Shown one piece after another: positions 17,111 to 27,132 of a stretch of 64,000 nt of DNA (positions within the stretch are counted from its first letter, which is position 1; the number at the start of each line of letters is the position of its first letter). The stretch comes from Bacillota bacterium (GTDB lineage Bacteria; Bacillota; Dehalobacteriia; UBA4068): NCBI GenBank assembly GCA_030527285.1, contig JAUNBC010000006.1:1259-65258 (forward strand), read 5' to 3'. Made by a program: the position numbers and the translations under genes. The notes below the pieces were generated by a model that ran no database searches, was not told the DNA's origin, and worked only from the letters and a program-made list of their open reading frames with translations.

Positions 17111-18890
17111 ACCGTGCAAAACTCCGTGGTTAGCCAATTACGGCGAAGTTCGTTATCATTTGGATTATCCGGATATTTCGATGTTCGACAAGGTCTGCGA
17201 GATCGCCGAGCAATACCCCGAGCATACCGCCTATGAATTCATGGGCAAAAAGACCAGCTACCGCGAGATGGTGCGGCAGATCAAGCTGACCGGCGCCGCC
17301 TTTCGCGCGCAGGGCGTCGCCCCCGGCGACAAGGTCACGCTGTGCCTGCCCAATACGCCGCAGACCGTCTGCTGCTTCTATGCCTTGAACTATATCGGCG
17401 CTATCGCCAATATGATACATCCGCTGTCCTCGGAGGGCGAGATCATCTTCTATCTGCAGGACAGCGGCAGCGTCGCCGCGGTGACGCTCGACCAGTTCTA
17501 TCCCAAATTCGCCGCCATTCAGGACGAGACGCATTTGCCCCGACTGATCATCGGCTCGATAGCGGACGCGCTGTCCCCGCTCAAGCGCGCCGGCTATAAG
17601 CTGACCGAGGGCAAAAAGATCAAGCCCATTCCCGCCGAGGACAAGACGGTGGTGACGTGGGCGGATTTCCTCGCCGCCGGCGCGGCCTATACCGGCCCGA
17701 CGGCGCATCCGGGCTACGGCAAGGACGCGGCGGTGATACTGTATTCCGGCGGCACCTCCGGCAAGACCAAGGGCATTCTGCTCTCCAATCTCAACTTCAA
17801 CGCGCTGGGCATGCAGACCATCGCCATGGACAATCATTTTGCGGTCGGCGACAAGGTGCTGTCGGTGATGCCGATGTTCCACGGCTTCGGCCTCGGCGTG
17901 TCGATACATACCTTCTTGTCCCATGGCGGCTCCTGCATCCTCGTACCGCGCTTTAACGCCGCCACCTATGCCAAGCTGCTGGCCAAAAACAAGCCCAACT
18001 ATATCGCCGGCGTGCCGACGCTGTACGAGGCGCTGCTGCGCAATCCCGATATCGACGACCTCGACCTCTCCTGTCTCAAGGGCGTTTTCTCCGGCGGCGA
18101 CAGTCTGAGCATCGAGCTGAAGAAGAAATTCGACCGCTTCCTCGCCGAGCATGGCTGTAAGGTGCAGATACGCGAGGGCTACGGCACCACCGAATGCGTC
18201 ACCGCCTCCTGCCTCACCCCTTATCATCAGTCGCGCGAAGGCTCGATCGGCCTGCCTTATCCCGATACCTATTACAAGATCTGCAAAAGCGGCGGCAACG
18301 AGGAAGTGCCCTATGGCGAAGAGGGCGAGATCTGCCTGAGCGGCCCCACGGTGATGCTCGAATACGTCAATCAGCCCGAGGAGACCGCCGACACGCTGCG
18401 CCGGCATGAGGACGGCCTGATCTGGCTGCATACCGGCGATCTCGGCGTGATGGACGAGGACGGCTTCGTCTACTTCCGCCAGCGCATCAAGCGAATGATC
18501 GTTTCCTCCGGCTATTCGATATACCCGTCGCAGCTGGAGAACATCATCGACGCGCATCCCAAGGTGCTGATGAGCTGTGTGATCGGCGTGCCGGATACGC
18601 TGAAGGTGCAGAAGGTCAAGGGCTTCGTCATGCTCCGGCCCGATTTCGAGCCCACGCAGGAGGTGCATGACGAGCTGATGGCCTATTGCCGGCGCAATAT
18701 CGCCAAATACGCCATGCCCTATGAGCTGGAATTCCGCGCCGAGCTGCCCAAAACGCTGGTCGGTAAGGTCGCATACAAGGTGCTGGAGGACGAGGAGGAA
18801 GCGCGCCGTCTGGCCGCCGTCTCCGCGCTGACCGACGCTTACGGCCCTACCGAGGGCGAAGCGGTAGCCGTGATACCCAAGAGTATTTAG
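17103..18890 (+). CDS. AMP-binding acyl-CoA ligase (long-chain fatty acid-CoA ligase family)
   Basis: YSGGTSGKTKG, EGYGTTE, HTGDLG, LPKTLVGKV. Confidence 0.9.
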   Translation: MNEPCKTPWLANYGEVRYHLDYPDISMFDKVCEIAEQYPEHTAYEFMGKKTSYREMVRQIKLTGAAFRAQGVAPGDKVTLCLPNTPQTVCCFYALNYIGAIANMIHPLSSEGEIIFYLQDSGSVAAVTLDQFYPKFAAIQDETHLPRLIIGSIADALSPLKRAGYKLTEGKKIKPIPAEDKTVVTWADFLAAGAAYTGPTAHPGYGKDAAVILYSGGTSGKTKGILLSNLNFNALGMQTIAMDNHFAVGDKVLSVMPMFHGFGLGVSIHTFLSHGGSCILVPRFNAATYAKLLAKNKPNYIAGVPTLYEALLRNPDIDDLDLSCLKGVFSGGDSLSIELKKKFDRFLAEHGCKVQIREGYGTTECVTASCLTPYHQSREGSIGLPYPDTYYKICKSGGNEEVPYGEEGEICLSGPTVMLEYVNQPEETADTLRRHEDGLIWLHTGDLGVMDEDGFVYFRQRIKRMIVSSGYSIYPSQLENIIDAHPKVLMSCVIGVPDTLKVQKVKGFVMLRPDFEPTQEVHDELMAYCRRNIAKYAMPYELEFRAELPKTLVGKVAYKVLEDEEEARRLAAVSALTDAYGPTEGEAVAVIPKSI

Positions 18891-18917
18891 CGCATATGCG
18901 CATAATTTATGGCACGC

Positions 18918-18949
18918 AAAAACAGAGAGTCATATGACTCTCTGTTTTT
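18918..18949. terminator. Bidirectional terminator
   Basis: Perfect palindrome AAAAACAGAGAGTCATATGACTCTCTGTTTTT between convergent genes. Confidence 0.85.
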
Positions 18950-18953
18950 TGCC

Positions 18954-19095
18954 GCGCGGCTTATCAATAATATACTATACCGTTCAGAAACAAGCCAGAC
19001 AAGGCGCGGACAATGTCCTGCTATGAAGCATGCTAAAAGGCACGTGACCGACGCCGGGCATTGTCCGTAACGCAGTATGGCGCGGCTTATCAATA
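18954..19095 (+). mobile_element. Second copy of the palindromic element, flanked by a 16-bp direct repeat
   Basis: 35-bp identity plus a shared AACGCAGTATGGCG with the 13123-13239 copy; GCGCGGCTTATCAATA at 18954-18969 and 19080-19095. Confidence 0.78.
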
Positions 19096-19857
19096 CTCCA
19101 GCGGGTCGAGCGCCTCTCCGTTAAGCACTAACTCAAAATGCAAATGGCTGTCCTGCTCCGCCTCGGCCAGCGGCGGCTCGCCGACGCTGCCGATAATATC
19201 GCCGGCGCGGACAACGTCGCCGACCGCCGCCTGCACCGTGATACCGCGATAGACGCTGCATAAGCCCGCGCCATGATCGAGGACGATCACCCCGCCCCAG
19301 ATCCTGTCGTCGGCAGCCTCGCTGACCACGCCGTCGGCGGCGGCATAGACTGCGGCTCCGGCAGCGGCGGCCAGATCGACGCCGCGATGATAGCGCCAAT
19401 CGCCGAAAAAGCTCTCGTAGCAGTAGCCGACTCCGCGCAGCAGCTCGCCTTGCAGCGGCAGGCTGTAATCAAGCTCCGCGGGCAGCGTCCGCGCATCCGC
19501 GCCGTCATCCCCGTCCGCGGCGGCGGTATCGGTCGCGGTGGCGGTATCGGCCGCGCCATCCTCGGGCGTAGCGCCGTCCTCGGGCGCGGCGGCAGCGCCG
19601 TCAACGGCGGCCATGGCGGCGGCCGCCTGCTGCTGGTCTAACTGCTGATCCAGCTCCGCCGCCAGACGCAGCGTTTCGGCGTCCTCGGCGGAAAGCTGCT
19701 CGGACGGCTCGCCGCGCCAGAGCTGCGGGTTGGCATAACTGACCAAGGCGATCAGCAAAACTATCACGCCGATGGTAGCGCCCCAACGCGCCGGCTCGGA
19801 GACGCGCCAGCGCAGCCAAACGCCGCTCCCTTTTTGTTTGCGATCGAATAAGACCAT
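19090..19857 (-). CDS. Membrane-anchored M23 family peptidase (SpoIIQ-like architecture)
   Basis: N-terminal TM helix, acidic linker, HRGVDL and HLHFE motifs. Confidence 0.8.
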   Translation of the reverse strand: MVLFDRKQKGSGVWLRWRVSEPARWGATIGVIVLLIALVSYANPQLWRGEPSEQLSAEDAETLRLAAELDQQLDQQQAAAAMAAVDGAAAAPEDGATPEDGAADTATATDTAAADGDDGADARTLPAELDYSLPLQGELLRGVGYCYESFFGDWRYHRGVDLAAAAGAAVYAAADGVVSEAADDRIWGGVIVLDHGAGLCSVYRGITVQAAVGDVVRAGDIIGSVGEPPLAEAEQDSHLHFELVLNGEALDPLEY

Positions 19858-19950
19858 GTTCTCACCAGCCTATGTGGTAGAATATGGTCTTATTATTGCC
19901 GCTTATGCGCTCGCATATACCTGCGCCGGAAAACTTGCAGCTCCCCGGCG

Positions 19951-20565
19951 CTAATCTATATCGTCCTTGACAGCATATACCCCGGCCAGGCTCAACAGCG
20001 ACACCGTGAATTTGATCGCGATATTGGCGGCGAACATCGAGCCCAGCACCGCCAGCGGGTATTTGCCGCCAAAGGCCAGCGCGAGGAAGATCAGCGTATC
20101 CACCGGCACCGAGACTAAATTGGACAGCAGCACGCGCAGCCATTGACGGCGCGCGCCAAAGCGCCGCCGCACCGCCGAGTAGATGCGCGTATCCAGCAGC
20201 TCGGCGGCGGTCATAGCCAGCACCGAAGCCAGCACCAGACGGACGCCCGGCGCCAATACCAGCGCGTATTCGCCCTGCGCGCCCACGGTCATATCAGCCG
20301 GCAGCACGCCGACCAGCCACACAAAGCCGAACAGCGCCAGATTTACGCCCGCCGCCAGAATAATGACAAAGCGCGTCAGCGCCGCGCCGCTCTTTTTATG
20401 CAGTATATCGCGCGCGGTGAAGGTGAAGGGATAGAGCAGCGCCCCGCCGTCGACCGACAAGCCGGCGACAGCGAGGACGCGCAGCGAGCCGAGATTGGAA
20501 AATATCACCAGCGCGATATAAATCGCCGCCATAGCGACGATGATCTTTAGTCTGCGTGCGTCCAT
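19951..20565 (-). CDS. VUT/YhhQ family (queuosine precursor) transporter
   Basis: LLYPFTFTARDILH, RLVLASVLA, SNLVSVPVDTLIF. Start set at MDARR. Confidence 0.8.
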   Translation of the reverse strand: MDARRLKIIVAMAAIYIALVIFSNLGSLRVLAVAGLSVDGGALLYPFTFTARDILHKKSGAALTRFVIILAAGVNLALFGFVWLVGVLPADMTVGAQGEYALVLAPGVRLVLASVLAMTAAELLDTRIYSAVRRRFGARRQWLRVLLSNLVSVPVDTLIFLALAFGGKYPLAVLGSMFAANIAIKFTVSLLSLAGVYAVKDDID

Positions 20566-20572
20566 AGCCAAC

Positions 20573-20601
20573 AGTATAGCATCCCCCAGCGTTTTTGACA
20601 A
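20573..20601 (-). promoter_or_regulatory. Promoter ending 7 nt before the ATG (probably leaderless)
   Basis: TTGTCA-N17-TATACT-N7-ATG; no SD sequence. Confidence 0.6.
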
Positions 20602-20746
20602 TTCCCCGCGCCTCGGCTCGAACCAATACGCCTTTTTACAGATTTTAGCGCGCATATAAAAGGAATACCCCGTCAAAACGCGAAAAGTATTTGCAGAGAC
20701 TATTTGACATAGGCGCGACTACATAGCGGGAGAGGGTCAACAGTTA

Positions 20747-22120
20747 ATGGGGTTAATGGGTGAAAAGCTGACTAAAAACGAGCTCAGCTGGTGTTTTTAT
20801 GATTGGGCGAATTCCGTTTACGCCACGATCATCATGGCGGCGATCTTTCCGATCTATTTTACCACCGCCGCCGAGGCCGCCGGAGTATCCGGCGACGTAG
20901 TTTGGGGTTACGGCACTTCCATTTCGACGGCGATCATCGCCGTCTCCGCGCCGATCTTAGGCTCGATAGCCGACTTTCGCGGCATGAAGAAGCGGCTGAT
21001 CTCGATATTCGTGATCATCGGCTGCGTGTTCACCATCAGCATGGCCTTGTTTGACAACTGGCAGATGATGCTGCTCGGCTATATCATCTCCTATGTAGGC
21101 TTTGCCGGCAGCTGCCTGTTCTATGACAGCTTCCTCACCGACGTTACCACGCCCGAGCGCATGGATATCGTCTCGGCCAAGGGTTATGCTTTCGGCTATA
21201 TCGGCGGCTCGACGATCGGCTTTTTCATCGGAGTGGCGCTGGTGATGTTCGCGCCGCAGCTGCATATCTCCAATAGCACGGCGGTGAAGATCTGCGTGAT
21301 CCTGACGGCTGTCTGGTGGGCGGTCTTTTCGATACCGCTGCTGAAAAACGTACGGCAGATCCACTATATCGAGCGGCCCGAAAGCGGCATCGCCCGCGCC
21401 GCGCTGCGTAATATCTGGCATACGGCGCAGGATATTCTTGGCAACAGGGGCTTGCTGCTATTCACCATCGCCTATTTCTTCTATATCGACGGCGTAGGCA
21501 CGGTCATCCATATGGCCACCTCCTACGGCACCTCGCTCGGCCTGGGCAGCACCGGCATGATACTGGCGCTGGCGGTAACGCAGATCGTCGCCGTACCCTG
21601 CTCGATCGCCTTTGCCCGCATCGCCAAGCGCATCGGCGCGCGCGCGATGCTGATGATCGGCATCAGCATCTACGTCGTGGTATGCGTGCTCGGCTTCTAT
21701 ATGGGCTTCTCGCTGGAGAACGCGCAGCTGGCTGCGCAGGCCGTGCTGGACGGCGGCGGCACGCAGGCCGCGTACGACGCCATCTACGAGCCGGCTCTGC
21801 ATCTGTCGCAGACGCTGTTCTGGGTATTGGCGGCGCTGGTCGGCACTTCGCAGGGCGGTATGCAGGCGTTGTCGCGCTCGCAATTCGGTAAAATGATACC
21901 TCCGGCGCGTTCCAATGAATTCTTCGGCTTCTTCGATATTTTCGGCAAATTCGCCACCATCATCGGCCCGCTGCTGTACGCCATCTGCGCCAACAGCACC
22001 GGCCGCAGCTCCATCGGCATACTCGGGCTGCTGATACTGTTCGCCATCGGTTTGATCATATTATGGCGCACGCCCAAGGAGGCTTTTACCGTCGACCGTT
22101 CGGCTGCGGATAATAATTGA
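20747..22120 (+). CDS. MFS transporter, UMF1/ATG22-like family
   Basis: WCFYDWANS, FYDSFL, QALSRSQFGKMIP, EFFGFFDIFGK. Confidence 0.85.
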   Translation: MGLMGEKLTKNELSWCFYDWANSVYATIIMAAIFPIYFTTAAEAAGVSGDVVWGYGTSISTAIIAVSAPILGSIADFRGMKKRLISIFVIIGCVFTISMALFDNWQMMLLGYIISYVGFAGSCLFYDSFLTDVTTPERMDIVSAKGYAFGYIGGSTIGFFIGVALVMFAPQLHISNSTAVKICVILTAVWWAVFSIPLLKNVRQIHYIERPESGIARAALRNIWHTAQDILGNRGLLLFTIAYFFYIDGVGTVIHMATSYGTSLGLGSTGMILALAVTQIVAVPCSIAFARIAKRIGARAMLMIGISIYVVVCVLGFYMGFSLENAQLAAQAVLDGGGTQAAYDAIYEPALHLSQTLFWVLAALVGTSQGGMQALSRSQFGKMIPPARSNEFFGFFDIFGKFATIIGPLLYAICANSTGRSSIGILGLLILFAIGLIILWRTPKEAFTVDRSAADNN

Positions 22121-22135
22121 TTAGGAGGTCATACC

Positions 22136-22345
22136 ATGCCCCTGCCCAAAGGTAATAAGAAACTGCATCGCATCGAAGGCCGGCAAATGATCAGCGGCGT
22201 TTGCGCCGGCGTGGCTGACTATTTCGATGCGCCGGTAACCGTGGTGCGCATACTGACGGTGCTGTTCGGCCTGTGCTTCGGCGTCGGCTTTCTCGTCTAT
22301 GCGGTGCTGATGACCATTCTGCCCGACGAATACGGCAGCCGCTGA
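22136..22345 (+). CDS. PspC domain protein
   Basis: KLHR..MISGVCAGVADYF..VRIL..GFLVYAVL; RBS AGGAGG. Confidence 0.85.
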   Translation: MPLPKGNKKLHRIEGRQMISGVCAGVADYFDAPVTVVRILTVLFGLCFGVGFLVYAVLMTILPDEYGSR

Positions 22346-22436
22346 CTCCGCCAAGCCCGCAAACACGATACGAAAGCCCCGCCATATATTCACGCAAATA
22401 TGTAGGGCGCGTGCAGTCGCGCCCTTTTTTGTACGC

Positions 22437-23245
22437 TTAATACGGTTCTATCGATACTATCCGCTCGTTTTCGATCACCAGGCGGTACACGCCGCGCGGC
22501 TGTTCGCGCAAATAGGAATAAAAACCGTACAGCCCGCCGGCATTATTGCCGCTTTGCCCCTGATAATCATTGAGCAGCGAATCGCTGAAGGTGCCGCTTT
22601 CATCGACCGGACTGCCATTATTGCCGTAATAGGAGCCGCTCAGGCTGCTGTCCAGCCCCTGTGCAGCGTTCCCGTCATCATATTGACGATCGTTAACTCC
22701 CGACTCCATGGACTCAAAATTGTTGTCGTAATAGCTTTCCGTACCCTGCTGGCGGTCAAAAGAGCCGGTATCGCCGTAGCCGCTCGTACCGCTCGTACCG
22801 TTCGTGCCGTAGCCGCTCGTGTTACGTTAGAGCGGTCGCGGATCGCGCTCTTGGTTCCGCTCGAGCTATTCGTGCCGTTCGTACCGTTCGTGCCGTAGCC
22901 GCTCATGCCATAATAGCTGATCTGCGCGTCGTCGGCCAAAGACAGCGTTTCCCGCTGCACCGACTGGTTGTGATAATAAGCGCCGCCGTCAAAATCGCTC
23001 TCATCCAGACCCAATTCATTGACGCGGCCTATATCTCCGGCCGACACCGGCTCTACCTCGTCAAAGGTGACGGTGCGCCCGCCGGTATCGACCTCCAGTA
23101 TATAGGCGGCGACGGTGCGGCTGCCGCCGACCATACCCTCGGCCTGTTGATCCTGCGCGTTGCCGTTGCAAGCGCCAAGCAGCAGGGTCGGCAGCGCCAG
23201 CAGCGCCGCCAACCACGCCGTTTTGAAGATAGCTCCTCTGTTCAT
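22437..23245 (-). pseudogene. Frameshifted lipoprotein with Gly/Thr/Ser/Asn repeats
   Basis: Lipobox LGAC in 22640-23245; the repeat-rich frame resumes at about 22820 and continues into 22437-22709; total span 809 nt is not a multiple of 3. Confidence 0.6.
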
Positions 23246-23303
23246 CGTTTACCTCCCGTATCCGCGCTGGGCGGACGACTTTTGCCGATAGCTTGCGCCG
23301 CAT

Positions 23304-24140
23304 TCAACGCAAATATGCGAGCGGATCGACGCATTCGCCGCCAATTCTTACCTCAAAATGCAAATGCGGGCCGGTGGCGTTGCCGGTCTCGCCGACGGCG
23401 GCGATGATCTGTCCGGCGTACACCTGCCGCCCTGCCTCGATATACAGCTCGTCGGCATGGGCGTACAGGGTCAGCATATTATTGCCGTGATCGACGATCA
23501 GCGTGTTGCCGTAAGCGTCATTCTTCCATCCGGCCTCGACGACGATGCCGGCGGCGGCGGCATAAATAGGCGCGCCGACGTCGGCGGCGATATCCAGCCC
23601 GCAATGCCAGCCGCGCGCCCGCTCGCCGTAGCGCGAGCTGATCTGGCCGATGGCCGGCTGCCGCAGCAGCGCCTCAGATGAGCGCGAGGCCAGCGCCGCC
23701 ACCGACAGGAAGCGCGGCGACTCCAGCGATTCGCCATAGCTGCTGATCTCCTCGTCCAGAGGGATCAGCAGGCTGGAGCCGGCATAGATCAGATCGGTAC
23801 GCTGTATATCATTGGCGATAGCCAGGGCCTCGACGCTGGTCTGATAGCGCGCCGCCAGCGCGGTCAGCGTATCGCCGGCGGCGATGGTCACCGCCACCGC
23901 CGGCTGCTCCGGCAAAAGTATTTTTTTGCCCAAGGGCAACGGCTCGTCGACGGCCAGGTCATTGATCGCCGCCACTAACTCGCTGTCCAAACGCCGCGCC
24001 TCGGCAATGGCGGCGATGCTGTCGTTTTCGGCGGCGAAATAATAGCTGCCGCCGGAAGCGCCGGCAGCCGGAGCAAAGCAGCACAGCGCCGCCGTTAAAC
24101 TCAAGCTAAAAAAGCACAATAACAGGTATTTTTTCATCAT
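23304..24140 (-). CDS. Secreted two-LysM plus M23 peptidase
   Basis: Signal peptide; GDTL..LA..Y..IYAGSSLLIP; HCGLDI; TLYAH; TGPHLHFE. Confidence 0.88.
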   Translation of the reverse strand: MMKKYLLLCFFSLSLTAALCCFAPAAGASGGSYYFAAENDSIAAIAEARRLDSELVAAINDLAVDEPLPLGKKILLPEQPAVAVTIAAGDTLTALAARYQTSVEALAIANDIQRTDLIYAGSSLLIPLDEEISSYGESLESPRFLSVAALASRSSEALLRQPAIGQISSRYGERARGWHCGLDIAADVGAPIYAAAAGIVVEAGWKNDAYGNTLIVDHGNNMLTLYAHADELYIEAGRQVYAGQIIAAVGETGNATGPHLHFEVRIGGECVDPLAYLR

Positions 24141-24360
24141 CAAGCCTCCCTTCGCCATTTATTATCGGCGAATTTGTTGAAAATAATACCTGTTAAATCC
24201 GCGCCGCAAATGCTATAATGGTAAATATTGATATTGACGCCGTGTTTCTCGCCGCAGAGCACGGCAAGCGAAACAGACGGCAGATCATTGATCCGGCGCG
24301 AGGCTTGCTCGTATTGCCGGGATTATTATGCTGCCGGATTAATAATCGAGAGGCGATACT

Positions 24361-25614
24361 ATGGTAGCGTTGATATTCAGCCGCCCCGACGGCCAATGGT
24401 TCGACTTTCCGCCGATGCAAATGGCCGCCGCCTCGGGCAATCATCTGACCATACCCTCCAAATCGGAGCTGATAGAGCTGCCGGAGGGCGCGACGCTGAC
24501 GATGATGCCGCTGGCCGCGCCCATCGGCATGGATCAGGAGACCGGACAGTTTTTGGCGCTGGACGAAAACCCCTACAAGAAAAGATCCGAGCCGGTATAC
24601 GCGGTAGCGGCGCTGCTGCCTCAAGGCTTCACCCGCACCTATATGCCGGCTGCCACGACGGCGGAGCAAACGCTGCCGCTGCTTGGCTATACGGCGGTGG
24701 GCTCGCATAAGGGCAAGCTGTACGTGGCGGCGGCGGCCACGGACGAGCATCAGCGCTGGGCGCCGCGTCATTATAACAGCGCCGGACTGCCGCAGCTGAT
24801 CGCCGCGCGCCGCCGCGAGTTTCCCGGCAACCGCATCATCGAGCAGCTGGCGCATTGCGCGCTCGAATACGGCTGCTTCACCGCGCAGAATATCTTCTAT
24901 CGCCGCTGGGAAGGCGGCATACCGGTATCGCCGGCCTGCAACGCCGCCTGCTTGTGCTGCATCTCCGAACAGCCCGAGGGCGGAGCCGGCAGCCCGCAGC
25001 AGCGCATCGGCTTCTGTCCCGAAGCCCAGGAGATCGCCGCCGTCGCCATCGCCCATTTGCAGCAGGCCGAGCAGCCGATCATCAGCTTTGGCCAGGGCTG
25101 CGAGGGCGAGCCGAGCCTCGCCTATACGCAGATCGCCGCCGCCATCCGCCTGATCCGCGGCGCAACGGAGCGCGGCCTGATCAATATAAACACCAATGCC
25201 GGCGCGACTGAGGCCGTCAGGGAGCTGCTGGAGGCCGGCATGGACAGCTTCCGCGTCAGCCTGTTCTCGCCTATCGCCGACGAATACATGGCCTATCATC
25301 AGCCGCGCGATTACGCCTTTGCCGACGTGCTGCGCAGCCTGCGGCTGATGCGGGAGCGCGGGCGGCAGGTATCGCTGAATCTGCTCACCTATCCCGGCTT
25401 CACCGACGACCGCCGGCGGCTGGACGCGCTATGCGGGCTGGTGCAGGAAATGGGCATACGCCAGATACAGCTGCGCAATCTCAACTGCGACCCGTCGCTG
25501 ATGCAGGACTTCTGCGCCGCCTCCGAGCCGCTGGGGATGCTGCGCTTCATCTACGAGCTGCAAAAACGCCTGCCTGAGGTGCGCCTGGGTAATTATTCGC
25601 GCGATCTGAGATAA
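24361..25614 (+). CDS. Radical SAM protein of unknown function
   Basis: CNAACLCC (CxxxCxxC), SFGQGCEGEP, ININTN. Confidence 0.85.
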   Translation: MVALIFSRPDGQWFDFPPMQMAAASGNHLTIPSKSELIELPEGATLTMMPLAAPIGMDQETGQFLALDENPYKKRSEPVYAVAALLPQGFTRTYMPAATTAEQTLPLLGYTAVGSHKGKLYVAAAATDEHQRWAPRHYNSAGLPQLIAARRREFPGNRIIEQLAHCALEYGCFTAQNIFYRRWEGGIPVSPACNAACLCCISEQPEGGAGSPQQRIGFCPEAQEIAAVAIAHLQQAEQPIISFGQGCEGEPSLAYTQIAAAIRLIRGATERGLININTNAGATEAVRELLEAGMDSFRVSLFSPIADEYMAYHQPRDYAFADVLRSLRLMRERGRQVSLNLLTYPGFTDDRRRLDALCGLVQEMGIRQIQLRNLNCDPSLMQDFCAASEPLGMLRFIYELQKRLPEVRLGNYSRDLR

Positions 25615-25621
25615 AAAAGTC

Positions 25622-25650
25622 TTTACAAAGCGGCGCGGTTATGATATTAT
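25622..25650 (+). promoter_or_regulatory. rpmE promoter
   Basis: TTTACA-N17-TATTAT with a TG extension. Confidence 0.55.
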
Positions 25651-25696
25651 ACATGAGCTGTCTGAATCCGTATATTAGCAAAAGAGGTGACAATAG

Positions 25697-25897
25697 ATGA
25701 AAAAAGGCATACATCCCGATTACAAAGAGGTAGAGGTCGTTTGCTCTTGCGGCAATCGTTTCAAGACCGGCTCCACCAAGGATAATATCAAGGTCGAGGT
25801 CTGCTCGGCCTGCCATCCTTTCTATACCGGCTCCAAGCGTCTGCTGGTCGAAGAAGGCGGCCGCGTCGACAAATTCAAAAAGAAATACAATCTGTAA
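25697..25897 (+). CDS. rpmE: 50S ribosomal protein L31 (Zn-binding type)
   Basis: [29 protein letters not shown]. Confidence 0.97.
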   Translation: MKKGIHPDYKEVEVVCSCGNRFKTGSTKDNIKVEVCSACHPFYTGSKRLLVEEGGRVDKFKKKYNL

Positions 25898-25909
25898 TCA
25901 GCGCAAAAC

Positions 25910-25945
25910 AAAGCGGCAACCTAATGGAATGGTTGCCGCTTTTTT
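25910..25945. terminator. Bidirectional terminator
   Basis: AAAGCGGCAACC...GGTTGCCGCTTTTTT. Confidence 0.8.
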
Positions 25946-25986
25946 GTATAGAATTATTTTTCGGGCGAGCTCTGCGTATTCGCGCT

Positions 25987-27108
25987 TTATAACGAGGCGA
26001 TGATCGTTACCGCCTCCGTGGCCAATTCCTTGACGCTCTCGATATCGGTATCGCCGAGCAGCTTGATGCTGCCGCCGGCCAGCAGCGCGCAAATATTCGC
26101 ATACTGCTCCTCGCTGAAGCCGGACAGGCGCGAGGTAGCCAGCGGCAGGCCCACGCTGTTGCTGGACACGTCCAGCAGCAGCACCTGACCGCCGGGGAAG
26201 CCGCCGCTGTAATATGCCTCCGCACATTGATAAACGCCGGAATCGGAACGCTTGACCGCCGAGGTGACGATGCGCTCGGACATCAGGCTTTGATCCTCGT
26301 CCACGCCGATGATATAAGCGTTCTCCGCCGCCTCCGCCGCCGCGATCACCGAATGCACCATCGCGCCGCCGCAGCTGAATATCACCTGCGTGCCGTTGTC
26401 ATACCAATCAGCGGCGCGCTGCTCCACCGCCGGATCGGCGACAAACACGCCGCTATAAGCGTAGCGGATGCGGACGGCGTTCACACCCAGCTCCTGCGCC
26501 GCATAGGACGCGCCCTGCACATAACCGTAGCCGAAGCGCACCACCGCCGGCACGGCGATGCCGCCGTAAAAGCCCAGGTTACGGTACCCGGAATAAACCG
26601 CCGCATAACCGGCAAGGAAGCCGGCCTGCTGCTCGGAAAAACGCAATACGCAGGTATTATCGGCGATAGCATAATCGCTGAGCTCGGCATTATGCGGGTC
26701 GCCGTCGATCATCACAAAGCTGACCTCGGGATACAGGTATTGCGCCTCGTACACCGCCACCTCCAGCGTATCCCCCGGGCAGACCACTAACTGCGCGCCG
26801 GCGTTCACCGCCTCGGCGATAGCCTCAAGATACCCCTGATCGCTGCGCTCGGCCGGTATATAATAATTGCAGCGCAAAGACTGCTCCTCGGCATAGGTGC
26901 TGAGGCCGTTCCAGGCGCTTTGATAAAAGCCGCCGTCGTCGGATACGGCGCTGCCGTCGGTGATCAGCGCCAGCGGATATGCGTCGTCCGCCTGCACGGC
27001 CGCCGCCTGCGGCTGCTGCTCGCCACCGTAATCCACGTCCAATGAACAGCCCGCCAAAACCGCTGCGCCCAGCAGCAGCATCACTATTATAAACAGCTTT
27101 ACTTTCAT
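25987..27108 (-). CDS. BMP family ABC transporter substrate-binding lipoprotein
   Basis: Lipobox LAGC; FSEQQAGFLAGYAA, IIGVDEDQ, TSAVK. Confidence 0.88.
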   Translation of the reverse strand: MKVKLFIIVMLLLGAAVLAGCSLDVDYGGEQQPQAAAVQADDAYPLALITDGSAVSDDGGFYQSAWNGLSTYAEEQSLRCNYYIPAERSDQGYLEAIAEAVNAGAQLVVCPGDTLEVAVYEAQYLYPEVSFVMIDGDPHNAELSDYAIADNTCVLRFSEQQAGFLAGYAAVYSGYRNLGFYGGIAVPAVVRFGYGYVQGASYAAQELGVNAVRIRYAYSGVFVADPAVEQRAADWYDNGTQVIFSCGGAMVHSVIAAAEAAENAYIIGVDEDQSLMSERIVTSAVKRSDSGVYQCAEAYYSGGFPGGQVLLLDVSSNSVGLPLATSRLSGFSEEQYANICALLAGGSIKLLGDTDIESVKELATEAVTIIASL

Positions 27109-27132
27109 TACATTCTCCCGCTTAGCATGACA

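Noticed and set aside
20600-20640. TGGTTCGAG upstream of the queuosine-precursor transporter as a preQ1-I riboswitch
   Set aside because: No P1 closure with the A-rich 3' tail, and it lies upstream of the apparent promoter.
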